A model generated the notes under the pieces. The model was not told where the DNA came from. It did no database searches and was given only the letters and a program-made list of their open reading frames with translations. This document shows, one piece after another, positions 48,119 through 58,729 of a stretch of 64,000 bases of DNA. Within the stretch, counting starts at the first letter, position 1; every line of letters begins with the position of its first letter. This DNA is from Candidatus Bathyarchaeota archaeon (GTDB lineage: Archaea > Thermoproteota > Bathyarchaeia > Bathyarchaeales > Bathycorpusculaceae): contig CAWHXY010000007.1 of the NCBI GenBank assembly GCA_963833575.1, positions 192,001 to 256,000 on the forward strand, in the 5' to 3' direction. The translations under genes were made by a program, and so were the position numbers.

Positions 48119-49972
48119 AAGGGCTGTTTTTGCGAGCCTATAAGCGGGGTAGAGGCTCAAGATGAACATTACGGATAGAGCTGACGCGAGCCAGAGGGTA
48201 ATTTGTAACATGGTGAAGCCGGTTATGATGGGTTGCTGCATTAGGATGAGAACTGTAATGATAGTGCCGAACAATATTCCTATTCCGAAGCTTGAGAGAA
48301 GCAGAATTAAGCTTTGAATTGCGAAAGAAAGCACAACAAATCTGGGTTTAGCCCCTACAGCTCTTAGAATAGCGTATTCTTGGTGCTGCTCATCCACCGT
48401 AAGCATCATGTAACCAACCAGGCAAAAGGCGGCAGATGCCAAGGTGAAGATTGGCAGAAGCATGATGGTTTGCCATGTTGAGGATAAGAAATTTGTGTTC
48501 TTTTGAATGATTTTATCTAAGGAGACCACGGTTAGGTTTGGATCAATTGATTGAACCATTGTTTTGATTTGTGCAATCGTGGTTGAACTGGAATCTTTCA
48601 GCTGCACTAACAACAGGTTGGGGCTGGAAATGCCAGTTACATTCATTAACGTATCAATTGATACGTAAGTAACTAAGCCGTTATTGAGAGGGTCAACGCA
48701 GACTCCAACAATGTTAAAAGTATTGTTCCCAAACTCTATACCTTGGACAAGTGGATTTGACTGGTTTATATTCAAACTTTTATCGGGTGAATACATTGAT
48801 TGAGCAATTGAATCGCCAACAACGGCATTCAAACTGCCATTGATCGTCAAAAAGTGCCCTGCAACACTCCATGTGCCATCAAGTTTGTCAACATTAACAC
48901 CTATTACTATCGAATCACCCTGCCTATGGTCGCCCACAGAAGAAGTCCCTGAAGTAGAAAGATTGTTAGGATCAACAGTAAAGTTGTCAATTTCTGAAAC
49001 ATGCTCATCTAAAACCAACCGGGAATCAACCAAAATCACACTTGATAACGTACCTAACTGGACAATTACCGGTTGCGGAATGGCAAGATTTGGGTCAGAA
49101 TAGTTAAAATCACCGTTTGCTGAGCCGCCCGAAAACTTGGCGATCAACTGTTCATATTGGTTGCCCATGCTGTTTGTGGCTATTGCAATTGTTTTTGGGT
49201 TAACAGTGTTTTGTACCCATGAAGTTGTTGTATCCCGGGCGATTATTCCTCCTGCAATTGAGACAGTGAGCAACACGAAAACGAGTGAAAGCAAAAATAC
49301 GAGGCGGATGCTTGCTTTTTGGCGGCGGTACATGCTTCTTGACGCAATCTGCCAAGTTAAACCCCATTTTGACACGGGTTTAAGTTTACTGCCTATGGTT
49401 AAACCGTTGTATTCTATAGGTGAGAGCGCTTTTACAGGGGTCATTTTGGATGCTTTAAGCATAGGCCAGAGCCCAAAAAGCAACGAAAAAACAAAAAAAG
49501 CGGCAAAAACTCCAGGTCCAAACCACAAGTTTGGCAGCTTGTAAGCAGAAAAGACCCAGTTACTAACGCCAAAATCCGTTAAAAAACCAAAAACAACGCC
49601 TAAACCACATCCTGTAAGGGTTACTGTTAAGAGTTCAGTTATAAAATATCCGGCAACAAGACTATTTGGACAGCCTGCAGCCTTAATTAAACCGAAATCC
49701 CGAGTTCTCTGAGCCATCATCAAAAAAGCGATAAAGCTTGACAAAACTGCTCCAACCGCAAAAACTAAAACGCCCACAAAAAAAGTGACCGTCGATAAAG
49801 CACCGTTTATACCCATGGTTAATGTTCCCGCGGTGGATGTTGTATAGAAGCCTAAACGGCTGCTAAAAAGCAAAAGAAACAGTGTTGAAGAAACGCTTAA
49901 CGTTAAAGTGGCGATTGTTAGGCTTGTTTGAAGCTTGCGTCGGAGCAAATCATTGGTTGGAAAATTACTCAT
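48101..49972 (-). CDS. ABC transporter permease, FtsX/MacB-like (two permease repeats)
   Basis: QRTRDFGLIKAAG and EQHQEYAILRAVGA motifs; ATG 49972 overlaps the ATPase stop. Confidence 0.88.
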   Translation of the reverse strand: MSNFPTNDLLRRKLQTSLTIATLTLSVSSTLFLLLFSSRLGFYTTSTAGTLTMGINGALSTVTFFVGVLVFAVGAVLSSFIAFLMMAQRTRDFGLIKAAGCPNSLVAGYFITELLTVTLTGCGLGVVFGFLTDFGVSNWVFSAYKLPNLWFGPGVFAAFFVFSLLFGLWPMLKASKMTPVKALSPIEYNGLTIGSKLKPVSKWGLTWQIASRSMYRRQKASIRLVFLLSLVFVLLTVSIAGGIIARDTTTSWVQNTVNPKTIAIATNSMGNQYEQLIAKFSGGSANGDFNYSDPNLAIPQPVIVQLGTLSSVILVDSRLVLDEHVSEIDNFTVDPNNLSTSGTSSVGDHRQGDSIVIGVNVDKLDGTWSVAGHFLTINGSLNAVVGDSIAQSMYSPDKSLNINQSNPLVQGIEFGNNTFNIVGVCVDPLNNGLVTYVSIDTLMNVTGISSPNLLLVQLKDSSSTTIAQIKTMVQSIDPNLTVVSLDKIIQKNTNFLSSTWQTIMLLPIFTLASAAFCLVGYMMLTVDEQHQEYAILRAVGAKPRFVVLSFAIQSLILLLSSFGIGILFGTIITVLILMQQPIITGFTMLQITLWLASALSVMFILSLYPAYRLAKTALLKIMT

Positions 49973-50657
49973 TTTCACTCGCCAATTTGCCGTCTTCAAG
50001 CAGTAAAATTTGGTCAGCCAACGCTTTTATTTGCTCGTCATGGGTTGAAACAATAACTGTTTTTCCTTGGTTCTTGAGCAGTTGGAGGACTTGGATGATT
50101 TTGTTGCCGTTTTTTGCATCTAAGTTACCTGTTGGTTCATCTGCCAAGATTAGCTGCGGATCATTCGCTAATGCCCTAGCAAAAGCTACCCGCTGCTGTT
50201 CGCCACCGCTTAGTTGAGACGCAAAATGATTAGCTCTATGCTGTAAGCCCACAGTTTCTAACAGTTCGTCTACTCTTTTGGCTATCTCTTCAAAAGGCTT
50301 TCGCGTCCACTCCATGGGAAAAGCAATGTTTTCCGCCACTGTCAATGTTGAAACTAAATTGTAAGATTGAAAAACAAAACCCAAGTTATTGCATCGAAAA
50401 TCTGACAGAGTATCCTCGTTTTGAGAGGTTAAATTTTGGTCTGCAACAAAAATTTTGCCGATTGAGGGTCTGTCGATGCCGCCGATAATATTTAGCAGGG
50501 TGGTTTTTCCTGAGCCAGACGCGCCGGTTAATGCTATGAATTTTGCTTTCGGGATAGACAAAGAAACATTTTTTAATACTTCAATTTTTTCGTCGCCTAA
50601 TTGGTAAACTTTTCCTAACGCTTCTGTGTACACCATAAAATCGGGGTGGTTTGACAA
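49965..50657 (-). CDS. ABC transporter ATP-binding protein (LolD/MacB-like)
   Basis: GASGSGKTT, LSGGEQQRVAFARAL, ILADEPTGNLD, STHD. Confidence 0.95.
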   Translation of the reverse strand: MSNHPDFMVYTEALGKVYQLGDEKIEVLKNVSLSIPKAKFIALTGASGSGKTTLLNIIGGIDRPSIGKIFVADQNLTSQNEDTLSDFRCNNLGFVFQSYNLVSTLTVAENIAFPMEWTRKPFEEIAKRVDELLETVGLQHRANHFASQLSGGEQQRVAFARALANDPQLILADEPTGNLDAKNGNKIIQVLQLLKNQGKTVIVSTHDEQIKALADQILLLEDGKLASENE

Positions 50658-50732
50658 TTGCCTCCCTCACTTTTAAGAAAAAAGGTTAATCGTGCCCGAA
50701 TAATATAGGTTGAGGTACATTCCCTTACGAAG

Positions 50733-51167
50733 CTAAGCATAGGTGGTGTCGATGTTCAAGTTTCCTCTGTCCCGTTTAAGAATGCGGACTTTGTCGGGAA
50801 GCTTGTTTTTTTCCCAATCAGCCCAGCTAATTTCTTTAAAAAGCCATCGTTTACCCAAATGCGCAGCCACTACCGCATGTTTGTAAGCATGTTCGCTGGG
50901 GATGAATAAGTCAAGAAACTTGAATAATTTGTCGATTTGTTGCCTGGGAAAGTAGGCGTAGTATGAGGCATTTTTTACTTCAAAAGCGTAACTGTGTAGG
51001 CCTTTCCGCGCCATAATGTCAGGTAGGGGATTGAGGCTTGGATTGCTTACAGGGACCCGGACGGCATTGTAACCTTTTTTCTGCAGTAACTTGACAAGTA
51101 CTGTTTCACTATAAAAGCCCCTTTTTCGCCAACGCCGAAGCCTTATCCTATCAATTTCTGTAGTCAC
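50733..51167 (-). CDS. hjc: Holliday junction resolvase Hjc-like nuclease
   Basis: KRG...E..LVKLLQKKGY.AVRVPVS...PDIMA...FEVK. Confidence 0.8.
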   Translation of the reverse strand: MTTEIDRIRLRRWRKRGFYSETVLVKLLQKKGYNAVRVPVSNPSLNPLPDIMARKGLHSYAFEVKNASYYAYFPRQQIDKLFKFLDLFIPSEHAYKHAVVAAHLGKRWLFKEISWADWEKNKLPDKVRILKRDRGNLNIDTTYA

Positions 51168-51246
51168 GGTTTTTCCCTGAGTATTTACTGTTTTATTCTA
51201 TGCGTTAGAGATAAAAATTGTTGCTCTGGAGCGCTATAAAAACTGT

Positions 51247-51269
51247 GTTTTGTTGATGCTTCTGTATAC
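51247..51269 (+). repeat. 23-bp dispersed motif, copy 3
   Basis: GTTTTGTTGATGCTTCTGTATAC. Confidence 0.9.
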
Positions 51270-51875
51270 GCTGCTGCAGACTGGTGTGCCTGGGAAGGCA
51301 TAGTGATGGAAAATATTCTAAATAATACTTACATCACCAAATCAACTGAAATCGTAAACCCCACCATTAACGCATTAAAAATATTGCCATATTAGGCTAC
51401 ATTAAACATTAGAAAAGTTAACGCTGAACCCAACAAACCTCAAAATAAAGCCTATTAGAAACAAAATTCCACCAACAAACAGTGGTGCAAGAGCAAAAAA
51501 CCCTTAAAAAGTTATCAAAGAATTATCATCAAAACACATAATGCAACGTGGGCTCAAAAGTAAGCGACCTCAAAGTTTCTGCGAGGAAGTTGGTTAATGG
51601 CAACTCACTAAACAAATTGTACAGAATTCTAAGTTAGATAGCTTACAATAAGCAGGTAGGTCTTTTTAAACTTGTTACAAAAGCCGGCAAACGAGCTGAT
51701 TGTTGATTTATCTGAAATAAAAAATATTTGTCTAAGCAGAATTTATTTAGACTTTAGGCTCGATTACAAAATTTTCCTTTTTTGAGTTTGTGCGCTAAAT
51801 CCGCAAAGTTTTCGGAATTAAGGAAAAAACTGTAAAAGTGGTCGAAGGTGATACGAAAAAATTGGCTTTTGCTTC

Positions 51876-51925
51876 GCATGGAGATTTTCGAGGGTACTTA
51901 TATGAGGCCCCGATATTCTCCATGC
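51876..51925. other. 50-bp imperfect palindrome centred on TTATAT within the 1.8-kb gap
   Basis: GCATGGAGA...TCG.GGG-(TACTTATATGAGG)-CCCCGA...TCTCCATGC. Confidence 0.6.
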
Positions 51926-52998
51926 CACTCTCCCAAGGCACCTAGCTAAAGGGCTGAATTAACCCTATTTTGAGGTTTCAAGCTTAAATTGACAGTTTAA
52001 ATTATCGTTTCCATAGAAAAAAACGACGAACTTTTTTGTCTCTTGGAATTCGTGAAAAAACAAACATCAAAATTAAAATTTATGCCAATGTGAGCTCTAT
52101 TTCACCTTATTTTATTAAAATAAAGCTAACGGTGTTCCGTAATTTTTATTATTCCAATTTAAGAAAAAAATTTGTAAACTTGCGAGAACAACAACAACTG
52201 CGCACAGCACCGTATCCTACTTCTTGTCTGGGTCTGCGAGAGAAAGAAAAAACTTGAAAAAGCATCATTATTTGTTTGGGTTGTCTGGCGAACTTCTGAA
52301 TTGTGAAAAAACTGAATTGTACTGAATGCATTCTTTTCTGTAACCAGTCCGCAATAGAGTTATCAGATCAAAGTCAGCCAACTTATCAAAACAAAGGCTA
52401 TCCTCCTAAAATTTTATAAACTCCACAAATATCTCAAAAAGTTAATTATGCTAACTTCACAAAACAATTGTCTCGTTACTTGCTAAATTCTTTTCTGAAA
52501 TCATACAAAAAAATAAACAGCATGTCCCTCTGTGAGACGAGGTCAAGTCTTGAACTATGTTACTACAAAAAATAGTAGCGAATGCGGTTCAATAGTTATT
52601 ACCTGTTGTCTAATTGATCTTAACCTGTCGTTAAGCCAACGGTTTGGAGAAATTTTGAAAATCTTTTTTACTCTTATTGTAAGAGCAAGTATACTATTGA
52701 AGGTTCCAAGCCTGCCTAAAAGGTGCTAAGTTTGAGTCGCCACTTGATCTAAAAAAAGTGCTGAGTGACTATCGTGCTACGGGTATTACCAAATTCTTGA
52801 TCATCACAGACAACAACTAACAAAAAGATAAGGCCATTTCAACATGTCAATTAGGCAAAAGGCATTCCGCCAAAACATTTCTATTTCTTGACAGGGTAAT
52901 CAACTATTAGTTCTAAGAATTAAACAGTCCATAATAACGGCACCGCTTAAATGCAATCAACAGCAACTTCCACCTGATCTTTAAGAAAATAGTTTCTT

Positions 52999-53021
52999 GT
53001 ATACAAAAGCATCACCCAAAC
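52999..53021 (-). repeat. 23-bp dispersed motif, copy 4
   Basis: Minus strand GTTTGGGTGATGCTTTTGTATAC. Confidence 0.9.
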
Positions 53022-53036
53022 CCAGTCGGCAGGGAG

Positions 53037-54317
53037 TTAAGTTGACCGTTTTCTTTTATAAACTAAGACCGCTATGACGATTGCCATTAGTACTATAGCA
53101 CTCGCGATTGCTGGAAACTCTGGGACTGACGGTGATGGAGATGCTGATATGTTAGGTGCAGTTAGAAATGGCACAAAGTTTACCGTACCCAAACTGGAAT
53201 CATGTTTATTGTCATAGATTGTTTTGCTGATTGCTGTTTGGTTGGTTGTTCCCCAATAATTGTAAGTTGCATTTACGTTGCTTGTAACTAAATGAGATAG
53301 GAAGAGGTTGTAAGAATTATTTTGGAAATTATTATAGATGACAGTTGGAAAATCAAAATTGTTGACTTGTTGAATCCCTATGTAGTTGTTTTCTATCGTG
53401 TTATTTATCACTCTATTAGGTCCTTCAATATTGATGCCATCATGATTGTTCGTAATCAAATTATTTTCGATGACTCCGAAACCTTCTGCTGCAATGCCTT
53501 GCACGCCGCAACCACTTATTGTATTTCCAGAAATGGTAATATTATTTGCAGGAAGTGTCAAAAAACTGATTCCTACTCCGTTTATGCCGCCACCTGTAAT
53601 TTTGTTATTTGAAATCACTGGTGTTCCTTGCAGATCGCTGCTATCTTCTATGTTGCCGCCGATAACATTGGTTTGTACCTGAACTGAACCGTTAATTTGG
53701 TTGTTTAAAACTGTGGAAGGTCCAGTTAGATCGATTTCGCCCGCAACAATATTATTTGAAATTACTGAAGTTCCGTTGGAAGTAATGTAGCCCGTGATTT
53801 CATTGTTATCTATTTTTGGCGAACTTTCAAGAGCTAATGTAGTTGAGTTGATGATTGCGTTTTCAATTATGCTTCCAGACCTAGTTTGAGCGTCATATCC
53901 AACGCTTAGTTTTGTAAAGTTGATTCCATAAGTAAAAGGAGGGTTAGGCGCTGGTGGAGGCATAAAGGGGCCTGTACCGCTTACGCCATTTATTTGTATC
54001 TTGTCAGTGCTTGTGCCTTTTGCAACCAAAGCACCATTAACAGTTATGTAATAGTTGTTGAGGTTCACCGTTGCTCCTGCTTCTAATGTTAACGTAACCC
54101 TCTGGCTTACTGAAACATTTCCAATCAAATTGTATGAGCTCCCAGCTATAGTCCAAGTTGTATTGGCGTTGATTACGCCTTTTTCGTTCGTACCAATTTG
54201 CGCCAACCCGAAATGTACTGAACCCGTGAAAGCAAACCCGCCAATCACAATCGCAATAAGTGCTAATTCAAAATAGTGATGTCTCAAAGCTAGACCAAAA
54301 GTTAAGGGACTATTCAA
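53037..54317 (-). CDS. Secreted parallel beta-helix surface glycoprotein with PEF-CTERM sorting signal
   Basis: Signal-like N-terminus, repeated I-x-N-N-x-I, many NxS/T sites, YNYWG, C-terminal VPEFP plus TM plus KRKR. Confidence 0.85.
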   Translation of the reverse strand: MNSPLTFGLALRHHYFELALIAIVIGGFAFTGSVHFGLAQIGTNEKGVINANTTWTIAGSSYNLIGNVSVSQRVTLTLEAGATVNLNNYYITVNGALVAKGTSTDKIQINGVSGTGPFMPPPAPNPPFTYGINFTKLSVGYDAQTRSGSIIENAIINSTTLALESSPKIDNNEITGYITSNGTSVISNNIVAGEIDLTGPSTVLNNQINGSVQVQTNVIGGNIEDSSDLQGTPVISNNKITGGGINGVGISFLTLPANNITISGNTISGCGVQGIAAEGFGVIENNLITNNHDGINIEGPNRVINNTIENNYIGIQQVNNFDFPTVIYNNFQNNSYNLFLSHLVTSNVNATYNYWGTTNQTAISKTIYDNKHDSSLGTVNFVPFLTAPNISASPSPSVPEFPAIASAIVLMAIVIAVLVYKRKRST

Positions 54318-54937
54318 GGAATTTATTGTTTATCCTTTTGGGTTGGAATACAAACAGATTAACAGAACGCACTTTTACACCCTGCTGGCTTTGTATTTAC
54401 CTAATTAACGCCCGAGAAGAATCGAACATTGACGAAGGTTAAATATACGTGCGCCCAAAAGATGATCATGAAGAAAAATACAGCAAATAAATCATAAAAC
54501 AAGTCGTTAATAGCGGGCGTAAGAGTTCTTTTGATTAAAATGGCTGCTTAACACGTAAAGCAAAGTTGGCTTGGTCTAAAAAAAGCAATTTTTGATTGAT
54601 TTCTAATATTTTTTGGGCTATGAAAATGTATCTTTTTACCTTTTGGGCAGACAAGTTCTGAAAATCCTGTGATTCAATGGTTTTTGCTATTCGAAAGTTA
54701 TCTGGATTGGGAATTTTATACACCTAAAAGTTAAAATGACTTCTAAGTCATAGTTGACAATAACACGTTGCTTGCTAATTATTCATGGCTTGCATGTTTT
54801 TAGCACTTCGGTTGCCGAAGAGATAAGTTACAAAAACATACAAAACCAGAGAGACAAACGACCAGCTATACATCAAAAAATAGATTTAGAAACATTTTTC
54901 AATTATCTGCATCTATCAATCAGCTAAGGAAGCGCAC

Positions 54938-55354
54938 ATGTCAAGCTTTAAAGTCGTGAACAAGAGCTTTAGCTTCACCACTAAAGGCGAAATAGATTTT
55001 GTTGATTTGAGCGACAAAGTCCAAGATGAGGTTTCACTTTCAGGCATCAAAAACGGGATTGCACACGTCTTTGCCCCTCATGCAACAGGCATCCTAATTC
55101 TAACAGAAAACGATGAGGCTCTTCTTGAAGACATCAAGATTCTGTTTGAAGAGCTTGCGCCAAAACAAAAAAGATACCTTCACCCTTCTAACGCCCACTC
55201 CCACCTGCGGTCTATGCTTCTGCCGCCAGATAAAACCCTGCCCGTAATTGACGGCAAGGTAACTTTTGGCACCTGGCAGTCATTGCTATTTGTAGAAACC
55301 GATGTTTACCCAAGAAAACGAACAATGATAATCCAAGTTATAGGTGAGCAATAA
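54938..55354 (+). CDS. yjbQ: YjbQ/UPF0047-family protein
   Basis: PHATG...ENDE, NAHSHLRS, FGTWQ. Confidence 0.92.
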   Translation: MSSFKVVNKSFSFTTKGEIDFVDLSDKVQDEVSLSGIKNGIAHVFAPHATGILILTENDEALLEDIKILFEELAPKQKRYLHPSNAHSHLRSMLLPPDKTLPVIDGKVTFGTWQSLLFVETDVYPRKRTMIIQVIGEQ

Positions 55355-55949
55355 AAATCCAAAAGAGTCAAATGGCAGCTCACTTTTTACAAGCGTTCTA
55401 TTTTTTTCAAAGTTTCTTTTTTTCGATTTTTTGTCATGACGAATATGTTGGTTAACATATAGTTTTAACTGTTTAATGATAATCAAACAAACTTGCATGT
55501 TATTTTTTAACTATTTATTGTTAAAAGTGATCATTCGCAGGGATTTCGATAACAAACCAATCTGATTGTATTTCGCCTCATTAGTAAATAGATTTGTGAC
55601 CGCTGAAAATCCTGAAATCAATTGCTAATAAGACTTGGGTAAACACATTCAGACAAACCCGGACCCCTCGTAAAGACTACTTTCAACCAAAAACGCATCA
55701 CGTCTTGATTAACTGAACGAAAATACCGAAATGACTAAGAAAAAATTCAAAATTTTAGCTCAAAGCAAACGAATTGTCGGGTATTGTTACGAAAAAAGTA
55801 AAGCGCAATCAATTCTCTGCAAATACAATCAGATAGAGACCAAATCTGGCACTCAGTGAAGTAGTAGGGTTACAGTTTGGTTTTCTAAAAACAAAATTTC
55901 TAAAAAAAGAATTCATGATTATATAAGGTTCGGTGTACTTCGAGAAAAA

Positions 55950-56690
55950 TCAGCTTTTCTTCTCTGTACGAACCTGTCTCGCTGGCCCTCGAGAACGCAT
56001 TCGAGCTTTTTTCTTTACATCGGCCCGCTCTGAAGACTTTTCCGCCAAAGAGTCAGGTTCCGTTTCCTCTAAAGGTAAGCTGTCAACTGCATCAGGAAAA
56101 TCATCGTTTGTGGCCTGTTGCGCTCCAGCATTAACCATCGCTTCGACGGCCCGGTCCACGTCGCCTGATTCCGCGTTAATGCCTCGTGTTGCATCCATAA
56201 GCACCACTGTCTCAAAACCAAGTTTGCGTGCATCAAGAACTGTGTTCACAACGCAATAATCCGTTGCCAACCCACCAACAAAAAGCCGTCTAGCTTCGCA
56301 CATTTTCAGTTCATGGGCGAAGCTTGTTCCATCAAAAACCGAGTAGCTTTCATGTTCAGGATTGGTTGCCTTGGAAATAACCGCGGCTACAGACGGTAGT
56401 TTGAGGTCAGGGCTAAACTTGGCGCCGTCTGTATCTTGTATGCAATGAGGCGGCCATGGACCGCCCTGCGCTTTAAACGAGATATGATTGGATGGATGCC
56501 AATCTCTAGATTCAAAAATATGCACTTTTGCATCTGCAAAACGTTTTGCGTACGCATTAAGAACAGGAATTATTTCGTCCACACCTTCAACGGGAAGCGC
56601 TCCGCCTGGCAAGAAATCTTTTTGCATATCCGTAATCAAAAGGGCATCAAAACTTGATAGATTATACGTTTTCTTCTTCAAATAACACAC
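55950..56690 (-). CDS. pncA: Nicotinamidase/pyrazinamidase with charged C-terminal extension
   Basis: DMQKDFLPGGAL, RDWHP..HISF, WPPHC, GLATDYCV. Confidence 0.92.
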   Translation of the reverse strand: MCYLKKKTYNLSSFDALLITDMQKDFLPGGALPVEGVDEIIPVLNAYAKRFADAKVHIFESRDWHPSNHISFKAQGGPWPPHCIQDTDGAKFSPDLKLPSVAAVISKATNPEHESYSVFDGTSFAHELKMCEARRLFVGGLATDYCVVNTVLDARKLGFETVVLMDATRGINAESGDVDRAVEAMVNAGAQQATNDDFPDAVDSLPLEETEPDSLAEKSSERADVKKKARMRSRGPARQVRTEKKS

Positions 56691-56827
56691 CTTATTTCCA
56701 TTTTTCTTTAATGAATACTTAGAAATTCAAGTTAGAATAAGCAGGTACTATCGAATAAACTTTTTGAAACCATTTGGTCGACGGAAAAGTAATTAAGGAT
56801 TTGTTACTTTAATGAAATGGTGAAGTT

Positions 56828-57094
56828 ATGTCTGTTTTATCTTATGTTCTTTTTAAAGTTGCTTCAGGCACAGAAAGGGAAGTTGCTCAAAAAATGACTG
56901 AATTCGAAGAGGTTATGGAAGCAGATGTAGTTTTCGGCGAGTACGATGTCATTGCAAGAATGGCAACAGTTGATCTGGAAAAGTTACAGGATTTTGTTTC
57001 AGATAAAGTGAGAACTGTCCCGAACGTTCTTGTGACATCAACTATGATAATTTCAAGAGAATACAAGGGAAAAACCCATCGACCAAAAAAATAA
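56828..57094 (+). CDS. Stand-alone Lrp/AsnC ligand-binding (RAM) domain protein
   Basis: VVFGEYDVIAR, VRTVPNVLVTSTMI; no HTH. Confidence 0.9.
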   Translation: MSVLSYVLFKVASGTEREVAQKMTEFEEVMEADVVFGEYDVIARMATVDLEKLQDFVSDKVRTVPNVLVTSTMIISREYKGKTHRPKK

Positions 57095-57108
57095 GCACTC
57101 TTTTAGTT

Positions 57109-57131
57109 GTTCGGTTGATGCTTTTGTATAC
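57109..57131 (+). repeat. 23-bp dispersed motif, copy 5
   Basis: GTTCGGTTGATGCTTTTGTATAC. Confidence 0.9.
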
Positions 57132-57187
57132 CAACATGGATAGCCTTATCTTTTTAACCTGAGCAATAAAATACGAAGGCATCAAAC

Positions 57188-58729
57188 ATGCAAACAAAAA
57201 CCAATGACGACTCTATCTCAAGCAAAGAAATGCAAGCCTTAGAAGTCAACGCTGAATATTATGGCATAAGCTTGCTTCAACTAATGGAAAACGCTGGCTG
57301 TAAAATTGCTCACGAAACAATTTCACGTTTCCCCAAAGAAAAGAAAATTGCTATTTTCTGCGGTTTAGGCGGAAACGGAGGCGATGGCTTTGTAGCTGCA
57401 AGGCATCTTTTAGACGCTGGATACCACGTGACAGTTATTCTTGTGGGTAAGGCTCGAGACATCAATCATGAAGCTGCATTGAAAAACTGGGTGATTCTTG
57501 AGTCTTTGCAAGATAAAGTTTCATTAATTGAAATAATAGATAGTTCCACTATACCTCAAACATCGGCTGATATTGTGGTAGATGCTTTGTTGGGAACTGG
57601 AACCAAGGGGAAACTTAAGCCGCCAATATCCCAAACAGTTGAATACATTAATTCCTTAAATGCTTTTAAAATAGCAATCGATGTCCCAACAGGCATCGAC
57701 TCGGACACAGGAGAAGTTTTAGGTACAGCACTAAAAGCCAATCTCACAGTAACTTTCCATAAAGAGAAAACGGGACTAAAAAAAGCAAAAAAATATGTCG
57801 GCGAATTGACTTTGGCAAAGATAGGTTTGCCAAAGGAAATAGAGCATTACACTGGTCCAGGTGACGTTTATCTTGCAAAAAAGCCACGTAACCCAACATC
57901 TCATAAAGGCGATTTCGGGCGACTTCTTGTCATCGGCGGAAGCGAAGTTTATTATGGAGCGCCTACGCTGGTTTCGCTTGGAGCCATGCGGACAGGTGTG
58001 GACCTTGTTTATCTTGCGGCTCCTGCTAAGGCTGCTTGCGCTATTTCGTCCATGTCTCCTGACCTAATAACTGTGAAGCTTGATGGCGCCAATTTGAATC
58101 CAGGTAACATAGAGACGCTCATTCCTTATTTGAGCTTGGTTGACACTGTTGCCTTAGGTCCTGGTTTAGGCTTGAGCCCTGAAACATTAGAATTCGTTAA
58201 ATTATGTATTAAAGAAGTGGAGAAGGCGGGTAAATCCTTGCTTCTGGACGCGGATGGGATTAAAGCGTTTGCAAAGTTTAAAAGACCTCTAAAGGTACCA
58301 TTGGTTTTGACGCCTCATGCAGGTGAATACGCCACACTTTCAGGTAGAACTTTGCCTGAAAATCTAGACGAACGTGCTTTGGCAGTGCAGAAGACCGCAG
58401 GAAAACTCAATGCTGTTGTCTTAGTGAAGGGCAAAGTTGACGTAATATGTGATGCCTTCCGATTTAAATTCAATTTCACGGGAAACGTGGGTATGACTGT
58501 GGGCGGAACAGGTGATGTTCTAAGTGGTATTGTTGGCGGTTTGATGGCTCAACATATCGACCCGTTTGAAGCAGCAGTTGCCGGCGCGTTTGTTAATGGA
58601 GCTGCAGGCGATTTTGTCGCAGAAGAAATTGGTTTTCACATGGTAGCTACAGACATTATTGATTGGATTCCACAAGTTTTAGATGACCCGATGAGTCATT
58701 TGAAGGTGCGCAAACCAAGTGGAAGATAA
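57188..58729 (+). CDS. nnr: Bifunctional NAD(P)H-hydrate repair enzyme (NnrE epimerase plus NnrD dehydratase)
   Basis: LMENAG, GGNGGDG, DALLGTG, DVPTG; HKGDFG, GPGLG, DADG, LTPHAGE, GGTGDVLSG. Confidence 0.95.
   Translation: MQTKTNDDSISSKEMQALEVNAEYYGISLLQLMENAGCKIAHETISRFPKEKKIAIFCGLGGNGGDGFVAARHLLDAGYHVTVILVGKARDINHEAALKNWVILESLQDKVSLIEIIDSSTIPQTSADIVVDALLGTGTKGKLKPPISQTVEYINSLNAFKIAIDVPTGIDSDTGEVLGTALKANLTVTFHKEKTGLKKAKKYVGELTLAKIGLPKEIEHYTGPGDVYLAKKPRNPTSHKGDFGRLLVIGGSEVYYGAPTLVSLGAMRTGVDLVYLAAPAKAACAISSMSPDLITVKLDGANLNPGNIETLIPYLSLVDTVALGPGLGLSPETLEFVKLCIKEVEKAGKSLLLDADGIKAFAKFKRPLKVPLVLTPHAGEYATLSGRTLPENLDERALAVQKTAGKLNAVVLVKGKVDVICDAFRFKFNFTGNVGMTVGGTGDVLSGIVGGLMAQHIDPFEAAVAGAFVNGAAGDFVAEEIGFHMVATDIIDWIPQVLDDPMSHLKVRKPSGR

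Noticed and set aside
52036-52729. Short ORFs inside the large gap (52036, 52149, 52532)
   Set aside because: Mostly weak starts, no SD and no recognisable motifs; likely spurious
46620-53036. Canonical Cdc6/ORB replication origin
   Set aside because: No GTTCCAGTGGAAAC-like ORB or G-string and no cdc6/orc1 gene in the window; retained only as a non-canonical hypothesis
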